This document shows, in pieces, positions 1 to 13,842 of a DNA stretch of 64,000 nt. Under the pieces are notes generated by a model that did no database searches, was not told the DNA's origin, and saw nothing but the letters and a program-made list of their open reading frames with translations. Made by a program: the position numbers and the translations under genes. Location: contig MCFH01000031.1 in NCBI GenBank assembly GCA_002104945.1, positions 434,001 to 498,000 on the forward strand. Reading direction: 5' to 3'. Within the stretch, counting starts at the first letter, position 1. Every line of letters begins with the position of its first letter. The stretch is from Piromyces finnis finn. Taxonomy: Eukaryota; Fungi; Neocallimastigomycota.

Positions 1-191
1 GCTTGTCTCTTATATGCTTTTTTCATTAATGGTGAAAAAGTTATATCCTTCGATTCATTATACATACTTTGAGCAATTTCAAATAACTTGTCAAAATTAT
101 GAGCTGACTGATATTTTGTAATTGCTTTTACTAAATGTACTAATTTTCCTTCTGGGGTAATATTACCTTTTGTTATTTTATTGCTAATCAT
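1..191 (-). CDS. 5' part of a hypothetical protein running off the window edge (MISNKITKGNITPEGKLVHLVKAITKYQSAHNFDKLFEIAQSMYNESK...)
   Basis: Open minus-strand frame from ATG at 191 to position 1, with coding-like GC content against a near-pure AT flank. No family recognised. Confidence 0.45.
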   Translation of the reverse strand, partial: MISNKITKGNITPEGKLVHLVKAITKYQSAHNFDKLFEIAQSMYNESKDITFSPLMKKAYKRQ

Positions 192-3100
192 TTTGTATTT
201 AATTTTTTATACTTTACAAATTAATATTAAAAATTTATTATAGTTTTATTAAGTTAAAAAAAGATAATTTGTACTTAAATTATAGAGATATAAAAAAAAA
301 AAAAAAAAGAATTTACTTATTTAATAAATTAATAATAAATTAAAATAATTTACAGAAAAAAAATATTCTTTTTTTTTTTTATTCTATTCTTAAATATTAA
401 TTAGAGTCATAAAAACATGTTCATTATAATAATAATTATAACAAAAAAAATTATTTTACATATAACAAAAAAAGAAATTTTAGTAGTAAGAAGAAAGATA
501 AATTACTCTATTTATATTTTTTAAAAGAAGAAAAAAAAGATTTCAATTTAAATTTATATATATATTATAATATATATTGATATATTATAAAATAAAATGG
601 GAAATTTTATAAAATTAAATTGATGAACTTTTTTTATTATAAACTTTAATATTTATAATTTGGTGATATAATTAATATTTATATTTATTAATATATCATA
701 GTTTATGTTGTACTACCTTACACATATTAAAGAATATAATTCATAATTAAATTATCTTCCATAATTGATGTTTTTTTTTTTTAAGGATTTATTTGTTTAT
801 TTTAACATGTTATTTTTCCATTTAATATAATATATGGAAATTAACATATGCATATATTTAATATATCAATTAATATTGGTGAGTTGTACAAGTAATAAAT
901 GAATTTCAAAATTGTTTTTTTTTTTAATATAAAAAAGTTTTATAATAAATAAACTTTGAATATATTGATATATAATGTATTATATAGTATCAATTGAATA
1001 ATATATAAAAATAATAATTAAAAATAAAAGTTATTAAAAAAAAAAGGCTTTACTCTATCGTCTTCCATGGCACATAAAAAGAATAATTAAATAAAATAAA
1101 TAAAATATAATATAATACTTAAAGTCATAATTAGTAATGAAAAAAAGACAATAATCAGTAATAGATAGATAGATAGATAGATGAATAGAATTTAATAAAA
1201 GTAAATATAGCAACATAATAAAATAGAAATTGAGAAACAAAAGTAAAGAAGTATAGAAATAGAATAAAACTAAGCATATAAAGTATATATAGAAACAAAA
1301 AAAGAAAATTAAGATAGCAAAGTATATAATAAAGAAAGTATAATATAATACAGAAATGTAAAATGATTTTATACATTGTATAATAATAATACATTAAATG
1401 TCAATGCTTATTATACTATATAATATTAACTTTTTTCGTTTTTACTTTTAGAAATATGAATGATTTATAGACAATAATAATAAAGAGATGAATAATAATC
1501 ACTGTAAAATGATAAAAAGTCTCATTATAATGTTATAATAATGATGGATGTTTTTTGTTGCTATAATTTAATTAGGTTTTTTTTTTAACATAAACCATTT
1601 CATATCCCATCATGAATTATATATCCTTTAATAAAAATAATAAGTTTAGCATTCATTACAATATTATGCAATTTGTTTTTTTAAAAAAAAGCTACTCTTT
1701 TAAATTAAGAAAAATAATAGTAAAAAAGTTGAGAATAAAAAAAAAAAACCAATAAAAAACGTTGAAATATTTTTTTTTTTTTGAAAATTATTATATGTCT
1801 CCCTTTCAATAAATGTTAATACTAAACTTTAACCAATAATATTTAATTTTAAGAATGACAACTTTAAAATATATTAAATTACAATAGGAAATGGAATAAA
1901 AACTTTAATATTATTATTAGTTGAATATAGCTATAAAAATTAATTAATCATAAATAAATGTATTGTTATAATAGATTTATACTTTTTATTACTATATTTA
2001 TGTGTGTATCATGTGATTAATTCCAAATAAAAAATTCACGTTATTCCAAGTGTAAAACAATAAAATTTATACCATAAAATTATAAAAGATATTTTGTAAT
2101 GTTAAAGCACATATTAAAAGTAAAAAATATTTTGAATGATTTTATAGAATCATTAAAAAGATGATTAAAAGATGTATTATTTTTACAGTTAGAAAAAATA
2201 AAGACAATATATTACAATATATTGTAACATTGTATTATATTTGATATTCCTAAATTTAACTGGCTATTGAATATTTAGTTAAAATATACTATAATATGAT
2301 AATAATAAAAAAGCTTTTTTTTTTTTCTTTCATTAAAATAGTTGACTTTAACCTCAATATTTCAAAATTTTATTTTACTAAACAATTTTTCATAAAGATT
2401 TTAAGCAGTATTACTCTTGACACATTTTTTAGGTCTTTTTATTAATGATAAATATTAAATTACCATTAAAAAAAATATTAATGAAAAATTAGATTTTTTT
2501 TCTTTTTTTAGAAATTTTTCATTTATTCTAATATGGTGTGTAACATTAAAAAGTAAAGATTAAATTATTTATTTTTAGAAATTTGATGTAACTTTGAATA
2601 AATTAAAAATAGAAAGAAATTAATAATAGACAGAAATAGGAATCATAGAAATTAATTTTTAGAACCAAATTTATTGGCATATTAATACTGTCAAAATAAA
2701 ATAAAAAAAAAAAAAACTAAATATTTTTTTATATAATAGTATAATAATAATAAGGTTATTTATTATTTTATTATTTGTAATAAATGACTTTTTTTATTGT
2801 AAATATAATAAAATAAATAAAACAATATTAATCATATTTATCTATTTATTTTATCATGGTTTTATTAAAAGAAAAAACTTTATAAATTACACTACAAATT
2901 AAAATGAAAAAGCCATTCTAAATCATTAATAGTTTTATTGTTTTATTATTTTTACTTTTCAATAAAAGAAATTTTATAATGAAATTCACCATAAATAGTA
3001 TTACTCATCAAGGTCAACTTAAAAATTACAGGTGGATACTAGAAAAAAAAACTGTATTAGTTATTATTATTACTGATGATTATAATAATTAGGATAGAAA

Positions 3101-5180
3101 TATATTAAATTCTAGAGATTATAATTATTATTAAAATATTATATATAGAAAATAAATAAACATAAAAAAAATAAAATTATTTTTGCTTATAAACCATAGG
3201 ATAAAAATGGAGAGGTGAATATCATCAATTTAGAAAAAAAAAAAATACCAAAAATATTGATAAATACTAAAATAGGAGAAAATTAACTAATATATTGTAT
3301 AATAATTAAAATAAATAATAATCATAATAACAAGAAAAATAAAATAATCATAATGGCAAGGAAAGAAAATATATATATATAACATTCAACAAGAGAAAAA
3401 GTATAATATATTTTTTATTGTTTTATAATATTTACTATTTTAATAAGAAAAAGTCATTTGAAATATATAATTATATAATTCTCAACAGAATAAATATATA
3501 TTTTATTTTTGGTAAGCTCTTTTTTTCTTTTCTACATTTTAAAATGACAGAAAAAAGATTTTTTTCCTTAATTATTAATTTTGTCCATTTATAATATAAT
3601 TTTTTTCTTCTTGGTGAAACATAACCAAAAAAAGTATAAGAAAATTTTTTTTGTCCTACCATTAATTACTTTTATCATAATTACAATAATACTAAAAAAA
3701 AAAAAAAAAAAGACTACTATAATTGAATTTTTTACATTGTTAATCTTTTATTCATACTCTATTATAAATAAATATTATCTACATTATATAACATATTAAT
3801 ATAAAAATAACATTTATTTACGAAATTTTTTATCTAAATCTTGTAATATGTCCCAAAAAAGAAAAAACATTTATAAACTCTACAGTTTTACATGTGCGTT
3901 AGTAGGCGTGTATATAAAATAAATAGATAAATAGATTATATTATATTTATAATTAAAAAAGGGGGGAAATAAAGTTATAAATACTAATTATGTAAAATAG
4001 AAATAATGAATACAATGTAATAAGAATGATAATAGGTACAATAATCAGTAGAATTAAAAAAAAAAAAAAAGGCACAATGGGATAAATAGTAACCAGAATA
4101 TTAAAGATGATTTATATACATAATAAATGAGTATTAAAATATTAATAATATCATATAAATTCAAGATAGTAACAAAAATAATAATATATATAATATTATG
4201 TATTAGGTAATTTTATAGGTAAAAATATAAGGGTAATATAATTCTTTTTTTTTTATTTATTTTTATTGTTTGTTTTATTTTTATTTTATATATATATATA
4301 TATATTTATTTTTTTTGTTTCACTTAAATTCATTTGGTATATATTTCCTTTTTTCTGTTAAATAGTGTTATAAATTGGTTTTTTTTTTTTTTTTTTTTTT
4401 TTCATTTTTTCTTTTGTTTTAGAAAAAAAAAAGAAAAGAAAAAAAAAAAAAAGGAATATTTAATAATTTGTAAAAAAAAAAAAAAAAATAATAATAATAA
4501 TAAAATACTAAAATCATTATATAGTATTATTTTTTTTTTTTTTCTTATATTATCATTAAAAAAAATATTTAATAAATTACCATTAAATAAATTATTACAC
4601 TACTTTATAAATTATATATATATCTTTTTCGAAACATTTAATAAATAGTTTTGTTTATAAAAAAAAATATTAATATTATTAAAAAAAATCATACTCTTTT
4701 TTTTTTAAAAAAAAAAAAAAAAAGAAAAAAAGAAATATAATCATGATAATAATATAATACTTTTTTGTTTTTTTGTTTGTTTTGTTTACTAATAATAAAT
4801 GAAAGGGTTGTTATATAGAATTTTGCATATAAAAAAAAAAAAAAAAATCTTATGTATTTTGGGAAAAAAAATTGCAAATTTCGTTGTAAAAAGATAAAAA
4901 TTAAAAATAGTAATAGTAAAATTTGGGTTTTTGTTTTACTTAGATTTGTTTTTTTTTTTTTTTTTTTTTTTTTGATTTTTTGGTTTTAATAATCTTTCTA
5001 CTTGTTTTTTTTTTTTTTTTTTTTTTTAATCTATTTATTAAAAACAGCTATTCTTTTTTTTTTTTTTTTTTTTTTTTCCTATTATTAATTATTAATTATT
5101 CCAAAAACTTTTTTTTTCTTTTCCTCAAATTACTCCATATTTCTATTCCACTTTCCACATCCTTCATATTATCCTCTTCA

Positions 5181-5211
<31 letters not shown>

Positions 5212-6290
5212 TTTACTTTTTTTAATAATTCTTTTTTTTTTTTTCTTTAAATATTAGTTATAAAAAAAAAATAAAGTTTATATTAATACGAATTATATAT
5301 TGGAATAATAAAAAAAATTAAAAGATTTTTTTTTTATTATCATTATTATATTTATAATTGAAAGATTGAAAAGGTGATTATATAATCAATATATAATTAA
5401 AGGATGATAATTCCATTAATAATTGTTATATATTTTAAGAATTTGATTTAAATATGTATATAATATTATATTTTATTGGTTTGTTTTTATTTTTTTTTAA
5501 AAAAAAAAATAATAAAAAGAAAAGAAAATAAAAAAAAGAATAATTACTTATTACTAATGAAAAAAAAAAAATATTGTAAAACGTAAAAAAGTGGAAATGA
5601 AAATAAAAAATAATACAGTGTAAATAAAAAAAAAAAAAAAAGGATAAAAATATATATATTTAAGAAAAATTAAAATAAAAAAAAATATATATATATTATA
5701 CTATTGAAAATATTTATAAATAATAGCTTTATCAAATTCTTAATGATATAGAATGTTATAGGAAGGATTTACTTTTATTTTAAAATATTCAATTGATGAT
5801 ATAAACTTTAAAATAAAAATAAATAATATTTATATATATATATATAAAAGAATAAAATAGATGACTTTTTTTTATTTTGCTTTACCTTGATATATCTTAA
5901 TTTTTTAATGCTACGTTGTGTGTGTTTGGAGAATGAACCGAAAAAAAAAATAAAATTTGTTATGTAAAAAGATTTATTCCTTTTTTTTATTCCACGATGA
6001 TATTTTGAAAAAAAAAAAAAAAAAAAAAACTACTAGAATAAAAACTCCATTATTATGTGTTGATAATAATTTGATTTATTGAATATTTGATGTTTTCATT
6101 CATTTTCATTTTTATGTGTAAAAAGAAAAAAGTGGATTGACTTTAAGGTTGATTGCATTTTGAATATTTTTTTGCTTTTTTTTTTTTTTAATGTTTTATT
6201 GTTGTTTTTCTTTTTCCTTTCAAAAAAAGGGGGGTTAGTGAGTTGTTGTTGTTGTTTTTTACAATGAATTTTAACAATGAACACCGTCAA

Positions 6291-8984
6291 TTAACGCCAT
6301 GTAATTGAAAGACATGGTCTATCTACTTCTAATTGAGTAATTCTTTCTTCCCATTCTTCATAGGCTTCATCATCGTATAATGAAACATTTCCGGTTAAAC
6401 TTAATTCTTCAAGTTTTGGTGAAAGTCCTGAATGAAGCATATTGCATATTAATTTTAAATCAATCACGCCCATATTATTATCAGAAAGGTAAAGTTCTTG
6501 AAGTTTACTTAAACCAAACTTTTTAATGACCGTTGAAAAATCATCCTTTTCAGTAAGTCGTATTTGATTTTTATGAAGGTCAAGTTGCTTAAGAGAAGGA
6601 CAGCTTTGAATTAATTCAATAAATCCTTTCATAGTAATATTATTAGCACTAAGGTATAAGGAAGAAAGATGGGTATTCTTGCATTGATTACTACTATTGA
6701 AATTCATATAACTACTTTCCATGTAGCTTCCAGTATAATCTGGTACGGATAAATTATGACCACCACTACTATTACGTTTATTCCATTCGGCGTCTTTTCC
6801 ATCAGAAATGTTCATAGCATTGACATTAAATACACTCCAACCATTACTATTTGAACTAGCACTTGTTGGACTCTTGCCCCAACCATTAGTACTATTGTAA
6901 CTAGAAAAACTACTAATATTACTACCTCTACTACAATGTTGAACATTACTGTTGATAGGAATACTCATGGATTCGGTAAAAGAAGGAGAGGCATGATGGC
7001 TATTGGCATTAGATGAATTTGGTTGAGGTACGGAAGAAGAAGAGGAGGAGGATTTTGAAATCTTAAGGTATTGAACTAAATTTTTTACACCTTCATCACC
7101 AATGTAGTTACCCTTTAGGGAAATAGAGCAAATACGTGGATTCTTTTCTAACAATAGACCTAAAGCTTCACAACCCTTTGAACCAATATGATTTTTGTTA
7201 GCAGAAAGTTTAAGAAGACGACTAGAATGTTGTACACGAGTACAACGTGATGGTAATTCAGAAGTGTCTTCATTTTGAGCTATTGGTGGAAGAGTGCTTC
7301 CAATATTATTACAAATACTTATAATTGTGTCATCACCAATATCCGTGTTGTCGAGATTAAGCTCACGAAGACTAGTATTGTATTTTAATGCTTCCCCAAT
7401 CAATACACCACCTTCATCTCCAATTGGATTACAAGAGAGATCTAATTCACGAATATCACTATGAGTACAAGTGGAAGCATAAATAGAGCAGGTAGAAGAA
7501 TTGGAAATAGTAGATGAATAGGATGTAGAGTAAATAGCATTATTGTTAACTTGGCTTGTACCTGGGGACATGGAATCATCTGATAAGAATGGAACAGGGA
7601 TATCGATATCAACAGTATCACTAATTGTAACACTTTTAGCCTTCTTTGGTAATGGTGTCATGGTTAAGAACTTTGGATGAGCGTTAAGTGAATTATTTGG
7701 AGTGGCAGTATTAAGGTCAAAGCCGGTAGAAGAGGTATCGTTATCATCATAGTCATCATCAGGGAAACATGCTTTTAAAAGACCAGCAATACCTTGTGAA
7801 CCCATACCTTCAGAACCAATATCATTATCTTTTAAATTCAAATATTTTAATGTGTTGTTTTTAGCTTTAATTAAAGCTTGACATATAGCAATACAACCCT
7901 TATCTCCTAAATGATTTCTAGCTAAAGAAAGTTTAACCAAAGTATGATTGTATTGAAGAACACGATCTGCTAACATTTCTGATGCTCTAATACCAATAGA
8001 TTTATAATCCAAGTTCCAATGTTGAATACTTTGATTAACAGCAATACCATCACATATAGCCTTAAAAGATTCTAAATTGTCAGGTTCATTAACATCCTTT
8101 TCGCCAGATTCAGTAGATGGTAATATTGGATTTTGATTAGTGCTATAGAGATGATTCTTTGTAATATTTTTTTTATGTTGATTAAAAATACCTCTGCTAC
8201 TACTAAGATAATTTTGAGTTTGAGTGTAGGATTTAAGGTTACGAGAAAGGGCAGAAGAAACTTGATGTATGAAGCTTGGAGTAGAAGTAGAATATTGTTT
8301 ATAATTGCTTGTATCATTAGCAAAGGAAGGAGATGGAGGAGATGGAGGTACAAGGGTCATATCAGAATTATTATGACTTAAGTAAGCTGTTGGAGTAGAT
8401 GTTGTATTTGAATTAAAGCTAGAATTAACATTTGTGGTGATACTTGAAGTAGATGGAGTTGGTGTTGAATTACCACTAAATAATGCAGTAAGAGTAGATT
8501 CTTTCTTTAGAGTGGTAGTAGTACCTGTTTTTCCTCCTTCTGTATCACTATAATTTAAAATAGAATTTGAAGCATTCAAGGTTTCAATTTCTTCTATACT
8601 TAAACCTAAAACATTGCTACCAATATCAAGAGTAATAATTGAAGCATTTGAAGCAAGAGCATTTGTAATAGCTTTATGACATTCCGATCCAAAGTCATGA
8701 CCTGATATTGTTAATATATTTAAAGAGGTACAGTTTGCAATAGCATTGAAAAGTTTTATAAAATCATCTGAATTTAAATCTCTAAAAGGTAATATATAAA
8801 GTGAAGATAATGCATTTGCAGATAATTTATCAACCCAAGCCGTTAAAAATTCTGAAGATGAATGGGGAACTTGAATACGCTTTGGCTTTTCAGGTTTTGT
8901 AATTTCTGTTTTTTCATTATTATCTTTTATTTTTAGGAGGTTTGATAATGGATCCGATAGTGATATATTTTCGGTTGCTATCAT
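6291..8984 (-). CDS. Ribonuclease-inhibitor-type (RNI-like) leucine-rich repeat protein, 897 aa, single exon
   Basis: Uninterrupted ORF with many LxLxxNxIGxxG repeats (LSLARNHLGDKG, LNLKDNDIGSEG, LDLSCNPIGDEG, ISLKGNYIGDEG) separated by Ser/Thr/Asn-rich inserts. Confidence 0.85.
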   Translation of the reverse strand: MIATENISLSDPLSNLLKIKDNNEKTEITKPEKPKRIQVPHSSSEFLTAWVDKLSANALSSLYILPFRDLNSDDFIKLFNAIANCTSLNILTISGHDFGSECHKAITNALASNASIITLDIGSNVLGLSIEEIETLNASNSILNYSDTEGGKTGTTTTLKKESTLTALFSGNSTPTPSTSSITTNVNSSFNSNTTSTPTAYLSHNNSDMTLVPPSPPSPSFANDTSNYKQYSTSTPSFIHQVSSALSRNLKSYTQTQNYLSSSRGIFNQHKKNITKNHLYSTNQNPILPSTESGEKDVNEPDNLESFKAICDGIAVNQSIQHWNLDYKSIGIRASEMLADRVLQYNHTLVKLSLARNHLGDKGCIAICQALIKAKNNTLKYLNLKDNDIGSEGMGSQGIAGLLKACFPDDDYDDNDTSSTGFDLNTATPNNSLNAHPKFLTMTPLPKKAKSVTISDTVDIDIPVPFLSDDSMSPGTSQVNNNAIYSTSYSSTISNSSTCSIYASTCTHSDIRELDLSCNPIGDEGGVLIGEALKYNTSLRELNLDNTDIGDDTIISICNNIGSTLPPIAQNEDTSELPSRCTRVQHSSRLLKLSANKNHIGSKGCEALGLLLEKNPRICSISLKGNYIGDEGVKNLVQYLKISKSSSSSSSVPQPNSSNANSHHASPSFTESMSIPINSNVQHCSRGSNISSFSSYNSTNGWGKSPTSASSNSNGWSVFNVNAMNISDGKDAEWNKRNSSGGHNLSVPDYTGSYMESSYMNFNSSNQCKNTHLSSLYLSANNITMKGFIELIQSCPSLKQLDLHKNQIRLTEKDDFSTVIKKFGLSKLQELYLSDNNMGVIDLKLICNMLHSGLSPKLEELSLTGNVSLYDDEAYEEWEERITQLEVDRPCLSITWR

Positions 8985-11962
8985 TTTCTAAAACTAAACT
9001 CACAAAAATTTATATATTTATAAAGCCTTTTTATATATAATATCAAATTTTTATTACTTTTTACTCTTTTATTTTTAAAATATCGAAATAAATTAAAACG
9101 TTTCGTATTTTATATATATTACAATATATTTACCTTAAAAAACTAAGATTTACTACTATTTTATAATAAGTATGTTTTTAATAATATTTATTTTCTTTAA
9201 ATACTATACAAATTAATAAAAAATATATTTTATATATATAATTATTAATAATTTTTTGTGTTATTATTTTTCATGATTTTAAATAAAACTATAAACTTTA
9301 TTATATATCTACTTCTATCACACTATTTTAATGATATTATATAAATAAGTTTAATATTTATATTAATTATTAATTACCTTTTAATTTTAATATTTTGCAT
9401 ACTTTTCAGTAATTGAACTCTTCTTATTTTATTGATATTGCTTTACGTTAGTTAATATAATGAATGAAAAAAAAAAAAAGTTTATTAACAATATTAAAAT
9501 TATTGATTCGTCTCTAGTGAGAAATTGCTTTAACGTCTGTAAATAACGAGTTTATATTTATATAAAATATTAATTTTTGTTGAAAATAACGACGATATTT
9601 TTTTTTTTTTTTGAAGTATTTTGACTATTATTATCTTTTATTTGTTTGTTTTTATTTATATTTTATGAAATTAAATATGTATACTAAAAGGAAATATATA
9701 TTTTTTTAGTAAACTTTGTTATATATTCTTATTACATTTAACATTTAATTTTTATTTAATATGATAAATGCCAAGTATATATAATCTTTATTTTTAATTA
9801 TTATTTTAATATATTAATGGTATTATATGGTGAAAATTGTTTTTTTTTTTTTTTTTTGCTTGTTTTGAAAGTATTGTTTGAGTAAAAAGAAGGTGAAATA
9901 TATTAAAATAATAATATTATATTCTTCAAAACTACAATTAAATGTTAGTTTCTCTTTTTTTTTTTTTTTAAATATTTCTTTAAAAAAAAAAAAAAAAAGA
10001 AAGGATTTTTTTAAACTTGATAATTTTTTAAAAAAAATTTTTTTTTGGCTATAGTTATCACCTAATAAATATTAATATTACTAATATTTAAATATTAAGG
10101 ATTTACAATTATAAATCTAAATTATTATATAAAAATGAAATATTAAAAAATTTATTACTAAATAAAACATAAAAAAAATTCATAAGATAATTAATAAAAA
10201 TTTTTATTATTAAATAGTAATTTCATACTAAAAAAAAAAGTATGTTTATTTTATTTATTTATTTATATATATATATATAGAATTAAACCAGAACTTCACA
10301 TCACTTTATGAATTTTATAGTTTTATAATGATAAGATAGAAATGCATGAAAGAAATAACATCAATAAAAAAAGGTATGAAATACTTCAATAGAAACAAAA
10401 AAGAGCATTAATGAATTGATTATGAAGAGATTCAAATACCAAAATAAAACACAATACTTTAATGATGTTATGCATATCAAATAAGTCTTTTATAATTTAC
10501 TACTGCTATTATCACTATACTAATTAATGCTATTTAGAAAAGAAAAAAAAAAAAAGGTTTTATTCTCTACATACCCTCCCCATATCTTATTAAAAAAATA
10601 AAATCAGGATGAAGTCGTCCTACGAAAAACAAATAATGGAACTTTTCCCTAAAAATTTCAAATGTCTGCGTTGCTTTTTATTAGCCAAGATAAAATGATT
10701 TCATAGCCAAAAGTCTTCTTAAGTTATCGTTTCAAGTATTCTTTCCGTAATATTCCTTAATTCCTATTGCGGTGGTGTGGTGATGATGGTTGGTTGTTGT
10801 ACACTTTTAAAAAACTATTATATTAATATAAATTTGAATATATTAAATAATATTAAATAGAATTTATTTTAATATATATGATAATATAAAATAGAAATTA
10901 TTACGCTATACAAATTAATTTATATTAATTTATTTAAATAATAATATATTATTAATATATGAATATGGTATTGTATGTTTTATTTAATATATATTATTTA
11001 AAAGTTTTTTATATATTACAATATAGTTTATGTGATATATTTTAAATATATTATTTATTTAATTTTATTTAAATATATTAATTTGTTTTGAAATGAAAAA
11101 TATAGTTTTTTGGTGAAACTATATTTTATGAGAGTCAAATATATAGAATGGAAAGTATTGGAAATAATATAATATATGATTATAAATACATTTTAATATA
11201 TATCGTCTATCTTCCAATAATTTATGTATTATAAAGTTTACTAATGTATAAAATTATTTTAGGTAGTATAGAGTCAAAATTTTTCTCATTTTATTTATAG
11301 TGTTATCATTAATTAATTAATCAATTAATGCATAAAAAAAGGTATACAAATTTTACATTTTTTCATCCGTTTTTTTTTTTTTAGGGAAAAAGCACCCACA
11401 CATACACAAAACCATACAAACTATTTTATTTTTTGGAATAAAAATTTCAAACTAACTTTTTAATTATTTTTTTTACTTTATATGGAAATAAATTATTTTT
11501 ATTAACTTTAAATTGAGTCACAAAATAATATATAGTAACATTTATTATAATATAAATATATATATTGAAATATATTTAATTACAATATATTAATACATGA
11601 AAGTATTGACTATAACTTCATTCCTAAAAGTTTAAAATTAATTTAAAATAATAAAAAATATATTAATATATTATAAATATTATTGAGTATATATAAATAA
11701 TATATTAATATAAATTAATTAAGTACATGAAATTAAATTAAAATCATTCTCTTTTTAATAAAAAAGTTTAAAGAAAAAAACTGATAAATGATAAACAAAA
11801 AACTAACTTTTCTTGATAATAATTTTGAATGGACAAATAAGGTTTAAGCAACAAGAATAATAAAATAAGTGAATGAATAAATATAAAAATAGATAAATAT
11901 TTGATAAAATGAATGAATGAATATTTTTTTACAATATTTCATAAGGATAAAATTTTATAATT

Positions 11963-11963
11963 T

Positions 11964-12054
<91 letters not shown>

Positions 12055-12056
12055 TT
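11963..12056. repeat. (TTTA)n microsatellite
   Basis: Direct reading, about 23 units. Confidence 0.95.
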
Positions 12057-13842
12057 ATATAGTTGAAGTTAAACAATTATATATATATATAACATTTATG
12101 GTTATTTATCAACATAAAAAAAGAAAGTATTAAAAAAGAATTAATGATTAATAAAAGTTTATTTTGTATAGAAAGTTGATTATTAGTTAACTTGTGCAAT
12201 TAATGGTGATTTATTTGTATTTTTTTATAATACTATAAAAAGAAAGATACTTCATAGTTGCATTAGATTGCATAAATTCATATATAGTAATATTAAAAAT
12301 ACAATATAAAAAAACCCTAGCAATAAGGATTAACATAAATATAAATTTGATAAAATATTATTAAAAGGTAAATAATTATTATTTACCTTATGGATTAAGC
12401 ATATTATCATTATCATTATGTATAATATTTTTTTATAAACTTTACTAGACAATGAATATATAATAAAAAATTTTGAATTGTCTTTTTTTTTGTCATAACA
12501 TCATTAATAGTAATCAAACTTTGAGTTTAAAAATAATGAAATGATACTTTTTTAAATTTTGTTATTTAGTATTTAATGTACTTTTAATCCAAAATATTTT
12601 AAAAAAAAAAAAAAGTTTTTAAAATTATATATGTTAATGATTTTTAATTAAAATTTTAATTAAAACTTTAATCATTCAATTTTAATACGATTAACTACAC
12701 AATTTTTAAACAATTTAAATTTTAATGAATAATACATCATGTTATTAATAATTATAGTATAGTGTTTTTATTAGTATTAGCATTTGTATTGTCATAATCA
12801 TTATTATTACACTTTATTTCGGAATGTGTAATATTGATGATATGTTACAATGAAAAGTATAATAAAAATGAATAGGTAGAGCAATTAAAATTTCGACCTA
12901 CCAAGGAAGAAGTAAAATTTTTTGTAATTAAAAAAATTGTATTATTAAAAAAATATTAAAAATGTTGGTGTGTGTTATATTTAATATACCACAAAGTAAT
13001 AAGTTTGTTTTTTTTTTTAATCAAAAATAATAATAATAATACTAATAATAATAAAGGACAGATAAATACATATTTGTAATTCTTCTTTAATGATACTTAA
13101 AATTATATTAATTTACTATGAAAAGCAATTAAAAATGCAAAAATACAAACTTAAATACATATCATATTTATAATATTAAAATAAATAGAATATGAATTTA
13201 TCGAGGCTTTAGAACTTTGTTTTTCTTCTTTTAAAAAAAAATAATAATTAAATAATGAATTAAAAAAAAAACTTTGTTCATTAATAAGTAGTAAATTAAA
13301 AACTTTGATTTTATTAATTATTAAAGAGATAATACACCTTTTTTGTTTTCATTATTAAATTATAAATTAAAACTTTGATTTTATACTTTTTTTATTAATA
13401 ATAATTATATAAAAAGAGTTGTACTGTTTTATTTTCATATATTAATTCTATTTTCTTTCTTTTGATAATTTTATACTTTTTTATATATAAACACAACTAA
13501 ATAAAAATTGACAATTTTTATTTTGCATAGATTTTTTTTTTTAATAAGGGATGCTCAATTGTATTAATATAAGCATAAAATAATATAAAAGATTAAAATA
13601 AAAATATAAAAATGATCATCTATTCAATAATTCCTATACTACAGTTTTTATTTTTATGATATATAACAAAAAGTTCATTATATATTTAATAAAATACTTT
13701 ATTATTTTAGGTAGGATAGGATGTTTTGATTTATTAATTTTATCCAATCAAAAGGGTAAATAGTTTAAAAAATGTAATATACCAATATTATTTTTTAAAA
13801 AAATAATATTAATATTCTAAAACAATTATATTAAGTTATAAA

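Noticed and set aside
1055-6290. Short ORFs rich in F, L, I, K and Y in the track
   Set aside because: They are translations of A/T homopolymers and low-complexity intergenic DNA, with no coding-like GC and no splice-consistent model.
7442-8381. Overlapping or antisense ORFs within the LRR gene (similar cases in 16772-18574, 34855-37052 and 60646-60993)
   Set aside because: They lie fully inside longer well-supported CDSs and show no independent motifs.
10606-10630. Hammerhead-like GGATGA…CGAAA
   Set aside because: The core CTGATGA is not matched and stems I and III are absent.
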